A DNA stretch of 64,000 nucleotides. Source: Macrostomum lignano (Eukaryota). Within the stretch, counting starts at the first letter, position 1; every line of letters starts with the position of its first letter. Both the position numbers and the translations under genes were made by a program. The stretch lies in NCBI GenBank assembly GCA_002269645.1, contig NIVC01000916.1, forward strand, positions 186,001 to 250,000, given 5' to 3'. Shown here in pieces: positions 60,259 to 64,000 of the stretch. Under the pieces are notes generated by a model, which saw only the letters and a list, made by a program, of their open reading frames with translations, ran no database searches and had not been told where the DNA came from.

Positions 60259-60367
60259 AAGCAAGACTCCGCGTTCAAGACCCAAATACTTAGAATTCTT
60301 CAAATGCATTAAGGTCTTCAAATCCAAGACTCCAGTCAAATTTATAACTCCGCCTCACGCGCCGCAG

Positions 60368-60637
60368 GCCTGCCAAGACGTCGCCCTAACTGTGACCTGC
60401 CGGCGCGCCCCCGACTCGGTGCTGACCCAGGCTCCCAGCGGCACCAGCCTGCCGGCTAGCTCCCCCATGCTGCCGGCCGCCGCCCCCATCACCCAGTGCC
60501 TACTGGTGCTGGACCCGGCCGAGAAGAGCCTGGCCTTTAGCCTGACCTACCGACTGGCCGGCGAGGCCGCCTGCCGCACACAGAAGAGCCTGCCGGTTGT
60601 GCTGCCCGAGGACCTGCTTTCTACCGACTCTCCCTAA
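60368..60637 (+). CDS. GGA: GGA exon 6 (GAE C-terminal part, stop)
   Basis: PSGTSLPASSPMLP..PITQCLLVLDP..LTY resembles the GAE consensus; ends at TAA. Confidence 0.87.
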   Translation, partial: ACQDVALTVTCRRAPDSVLTQAPSGTSLPASSPMLPAAAPITQCLLVLDPAEKSLAFSLTYRLAGEAACRTQKSLPVVLPEDLLSTDSP

Positions 60638-62063
60638 TCTGGAGTTGTTATCCCTATCTACGATTGCGAATACCGGCAATGAATGCTCTTATCCTGTCAC
60701 CTGCACTGATTTACTGGGCTAATACAGTTAATAGGCGCTTTGGGCTACTGTTAGTAGGCTTATATTGACACTCTTATTATTAGTCTTGGCTGCCTACTAT
60801 CAGTAGCCAGTTGCGGATAAGAAAAACTGGTTTCCATTTCTTTATCTCTCCTGATTTAATCCAGAAATTTATTAGCACTATTTCATGTACCTGTACTCTT
60901 GTATCTTGTATCTGTATTGTACATTCATTAACCTAAGAAAACTCTGCCTAATATGCGTTGTCCTTAAAAAACACTGATTATTACGAGCTACTAAAACTTG
61001 ACTATAAGAGTGAGAACAAAAACCTATCCCCAGCATTGGCACTTGTACCATTACTTGCAATCTAACAATGACACCTTGCTCAGATTGCTGCACTCAACCG
61101 TGCTAATTCGGCTGTTTGATGAAATCCACCCCTATTTCATACTTGTGTGCTGGTCTATACAAATCAGAATAGTTTTTTGAGAATTTTCTAATCAGACTAA
61201 TCGAATGACACTTGCTGTTTTAAAATTATAGCAGAAAAAATATGCATGCCTGATGCTATTGACATCTTTTCTTTTTTTCGGTGAACGGCCCGATTCGTTT
61301 TTTTGTTTTAGTCGGACTTTGCTGTGCTACTGGACTACGCTGTGTGGCAGCGATTCAAACTCCTGCTAATAAGCGCAATCTTAGTATAAGAATGCAAAAT
61401 AAATCTGAGAATGTATGAAGAATTGATAATTAGCTCTTAATTCCTTATTGTTAGACCTTGACATGAAAAGGGGTCGTGAGCAGGCTTTTTATTGCCTGCA
61501 TTTCACATCAATATACGGACTAATGCGTCTTCGATTGATTGAATTTACTTCCATTTCTTACGATTTTAAGAAATCGATAAAATTATTTTCAGCACTGCAA
61601 TAGTGGCAAACATAAAAAGCATGTACTGTAAATATACTTTGCATATGTACTCGCAGTGACCCCTACCGGTACTGTATCATATTGCACAATTGTAATGTAA
61701 AGTACGCGACTGTTATACACAAGGGTTTCTTGTGCAGGGTTCCAGGGTGCATTTGAGAAAGTTAATGACAGTTACGATAGAAAAGCTGAACTTAGTCAAT
61801 GATTCAACACTGCTCTCTGATCCAGCCATCTATGAGTCATGATGTAACAAATATGCATGGTTAGTGTTCTTATAGCTAAGCAGATATTGTGCATGAATTT
61901 TATCCTCTCGTCCTTCGAATCGATTCTGGTTTGGATGGGCATTCATAGAATACACATTTCGCTATAAAAGGGCAAAAAAGGACGACTTAGTGGGTTTTGC
62001 CGGAAGCATGACGACAAGATCGATCTATTTAAAAGTTATCGCCGTGATTTCAAATAAGTTCTA

Positions 62064-62435
62064 TAGGCTTTTCATATTACCGATTCCAGAACCAGAATCG
62101 ATTCGAAGCTTTTCAAATTGTCTGTTCCGTTTTCAGAATCGGTTCCAGAACCGTGTTCTGGTTTTGGAATTTGGATTGAAAAATTTTCTCGATCCGTTGT
62201 CATGTTTACACCTTAACAGTAAAATATATTTGAAATCGTCAATTTTTTTATTATTGGTATATAATTATTCCGTTTTTTGTCAAATCCAAGAGGAAACAAA
62301 GTCAAGGAAAAACAAAATTAATCTGTAAAGAGTGAAAAGCATAAAATGGGCTCGAAGCTTTTCATTTTACTACCGATTCTGGCTCTGGAATTGGAATTAT
62401 TCTGGTTCTAGAACAGATCTTCGTTGAAAAGCCTA
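62064..62435. mobile_element. MITE-like element, 372 bp, with an 11-bp TIR TAGGCTTTTCA and flanking CTA duplication
   Basis: TIRs at 62064-62074 and 62425-62435; CTA at 62061-62063 and 62436-62438; internal subterminal repeats (GAAGCTTTTCA, ACCGATTC). Confidence 0.65.
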
Positions 62436-63461
62436 CTAAAGCAATGCATAGTATAACAAAGCCTACAATACTCAAAGAATTAATTTTACTAGCTGCAAAT
62501 TAAAGCTGTATTAATTACTAAAAAATGTGTAATAAATAAAATTTTATATTAAAAAAGTTTACTTTTCATATTCAAAGAAAAAAAGAAAATCAAAAGTAAC
62601 AACGATTTCGCAGAAAATGCACTTAATTAGTTTTGGAAATAAACCGAGAGTTCTGATAGTTTTTCTTGTCTTGGCTTTGCCTAGTGGGTGAGATTTTTTT
62701 GCTCTAGTGGTATTTATTGTATTTAAATCTATGTAAGAGGTATTGTTTATAGGAGCAGTGAATTCTCCAATAAGGAAGATGTTTCCCTCTGAGTGATGTG
62801 CACAGTGCATCTAGGATAGTTGTTAACTGTTCTCAATTTTCTTATTCGTAATATTTTGAAGACATTGGTGGTATATAGGAGTTTATTATGATGAAGCTTT
62901 TGTTTTAATCCTTTTTGTGTTTGAAATTTAGTGTCAGGAAGTTGTTATAATTTTTGAATGATTCAGTTACACTGTTACATTGTATTGAGATTGAGTGTCT
63001 AGCAGTCTAGTGACTTTTTATAAGCTGTCAATAATGCACTAGATGATCTGCAATGAAATTGCAGCCTTTTTTGTTAGCAGACTTTTGGTATGTTATGTAG
63101 TTGTCAGACAGATTGTTTATTTTGAGGAGTTTGTTTTCACTTTTTGTGTCTATTATCCAAGTTTCTTGAAGGCAAAGAATATTAGAAGAATTCATACTTA
63201 TTTTTATTGCAAAATGGCTAGTAAATTTTAATGTGCCAAAATGAAAGATTGTATATCTTTTATTATGCTAGGCCCTTTTTTAAGTGTATTATTTAAATAT
63301 AAAAAGTTGTATGTTTTTTCTATACATATTAGTTTGGCATGCATTTTTTTGGTATGTATTGGTTTCCCGACAGACATTCAGACAGACATTTAGAAATTGT
63401 TCAGTAAATGTTTAACAAAATTTGCTATTTAGTACGCAAGACAGTGTAATTTTTCAGACAT

Positions 63462-63741
63462 TTTTACGCATGTCTCAGCTTTAAAAAGACACCTCAGATA
63501 CACACAAAAACGCTTCACAAGCTGAGACATTCCCTAGCAACTGTTGTTATGACGTTTCCCAATATACCGAATACTGTATATAGTAGTTTTTTGAGAAGCC
63601 GCTACATCGTCCCACTTTGGTCTTGCTGCATGAAATTTGCACAGCTGTTTTACGCATGTCTCTGCTTTAAAAAGACACCTCAGACACACAAAAACGCTTC
63701 ACAAACTGAGACATTCCCTAGCAACTGTTGTTACGACGTTT
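63462..63741. repeat. ~95-bp direct duplication (63462-63557 and 63648-63741)
   Basis: TTTTACGCATGTCTC...CTGTTGTTAYGACGTTT occurs twice with few differences. Confidence 0.9.
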
Positions 63742-64000
63742 TCTTAGAATACCAAATGCATTATATAATATTATTAAGACTATTATTGAAATTATTACTA
63801 TTAATAATGATAATAATATATTACGATCGTATTACTGTATTTCTTTTATTACTATATACATATTACTGTTCTATTATTAACAGTAGAACAGGGAATCCCC
63901 CACCCCAGCTGACATTTTTTGATGCACCGACACGGAGCAACGCGGGCGCACGAAATTCAAGAACACGGGCTTACTTTTTGCTATGCACCTTCTCGTACAA

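Overview
Eukaryotic (animal) genomic DNA: spliced GC-rich exons set in very repeat-rich sequence, with about a third of the window being micro- or minisatellite. The style resembles a free-living flatworm such as Macrostomum, but the taxon is inference. Host genes supported: an intronless Id/emc-like HLH gene, a two-exon orphan disordered protein, a 4-exon phosphatidylserine decarboxylase (PISD), a 6-exon GGA clathrin adaptor (738 aa) and a frameshifted fibrinogen-related (FReD) gene. There is also an inverted pair of intronless signal-peptide + heptad-repeat genes with conserved promoter and polyA signals. Two abnormal Ty3/gypsy (Mag-like) LTR retrotransposons are present. One has a single LTR and is flanked by a 64-bp perfect duplication that starts at a TATA/Inr-defined position. 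The other is a young RT-less chimera carrying two ~75%-identical integrase segments back-to-back in inverted orientation. The most unusual signal is domains with RIP-like dinucleotide skew (CpG and CpA/TpG loss, TpA gain), with CpA-to-TpA changes visible directly between repeat copies, in an animal genome. No CRISPR, rRNA or tRNA was recognised. Most long ORFs in the track are tandem-repeat artefacts.
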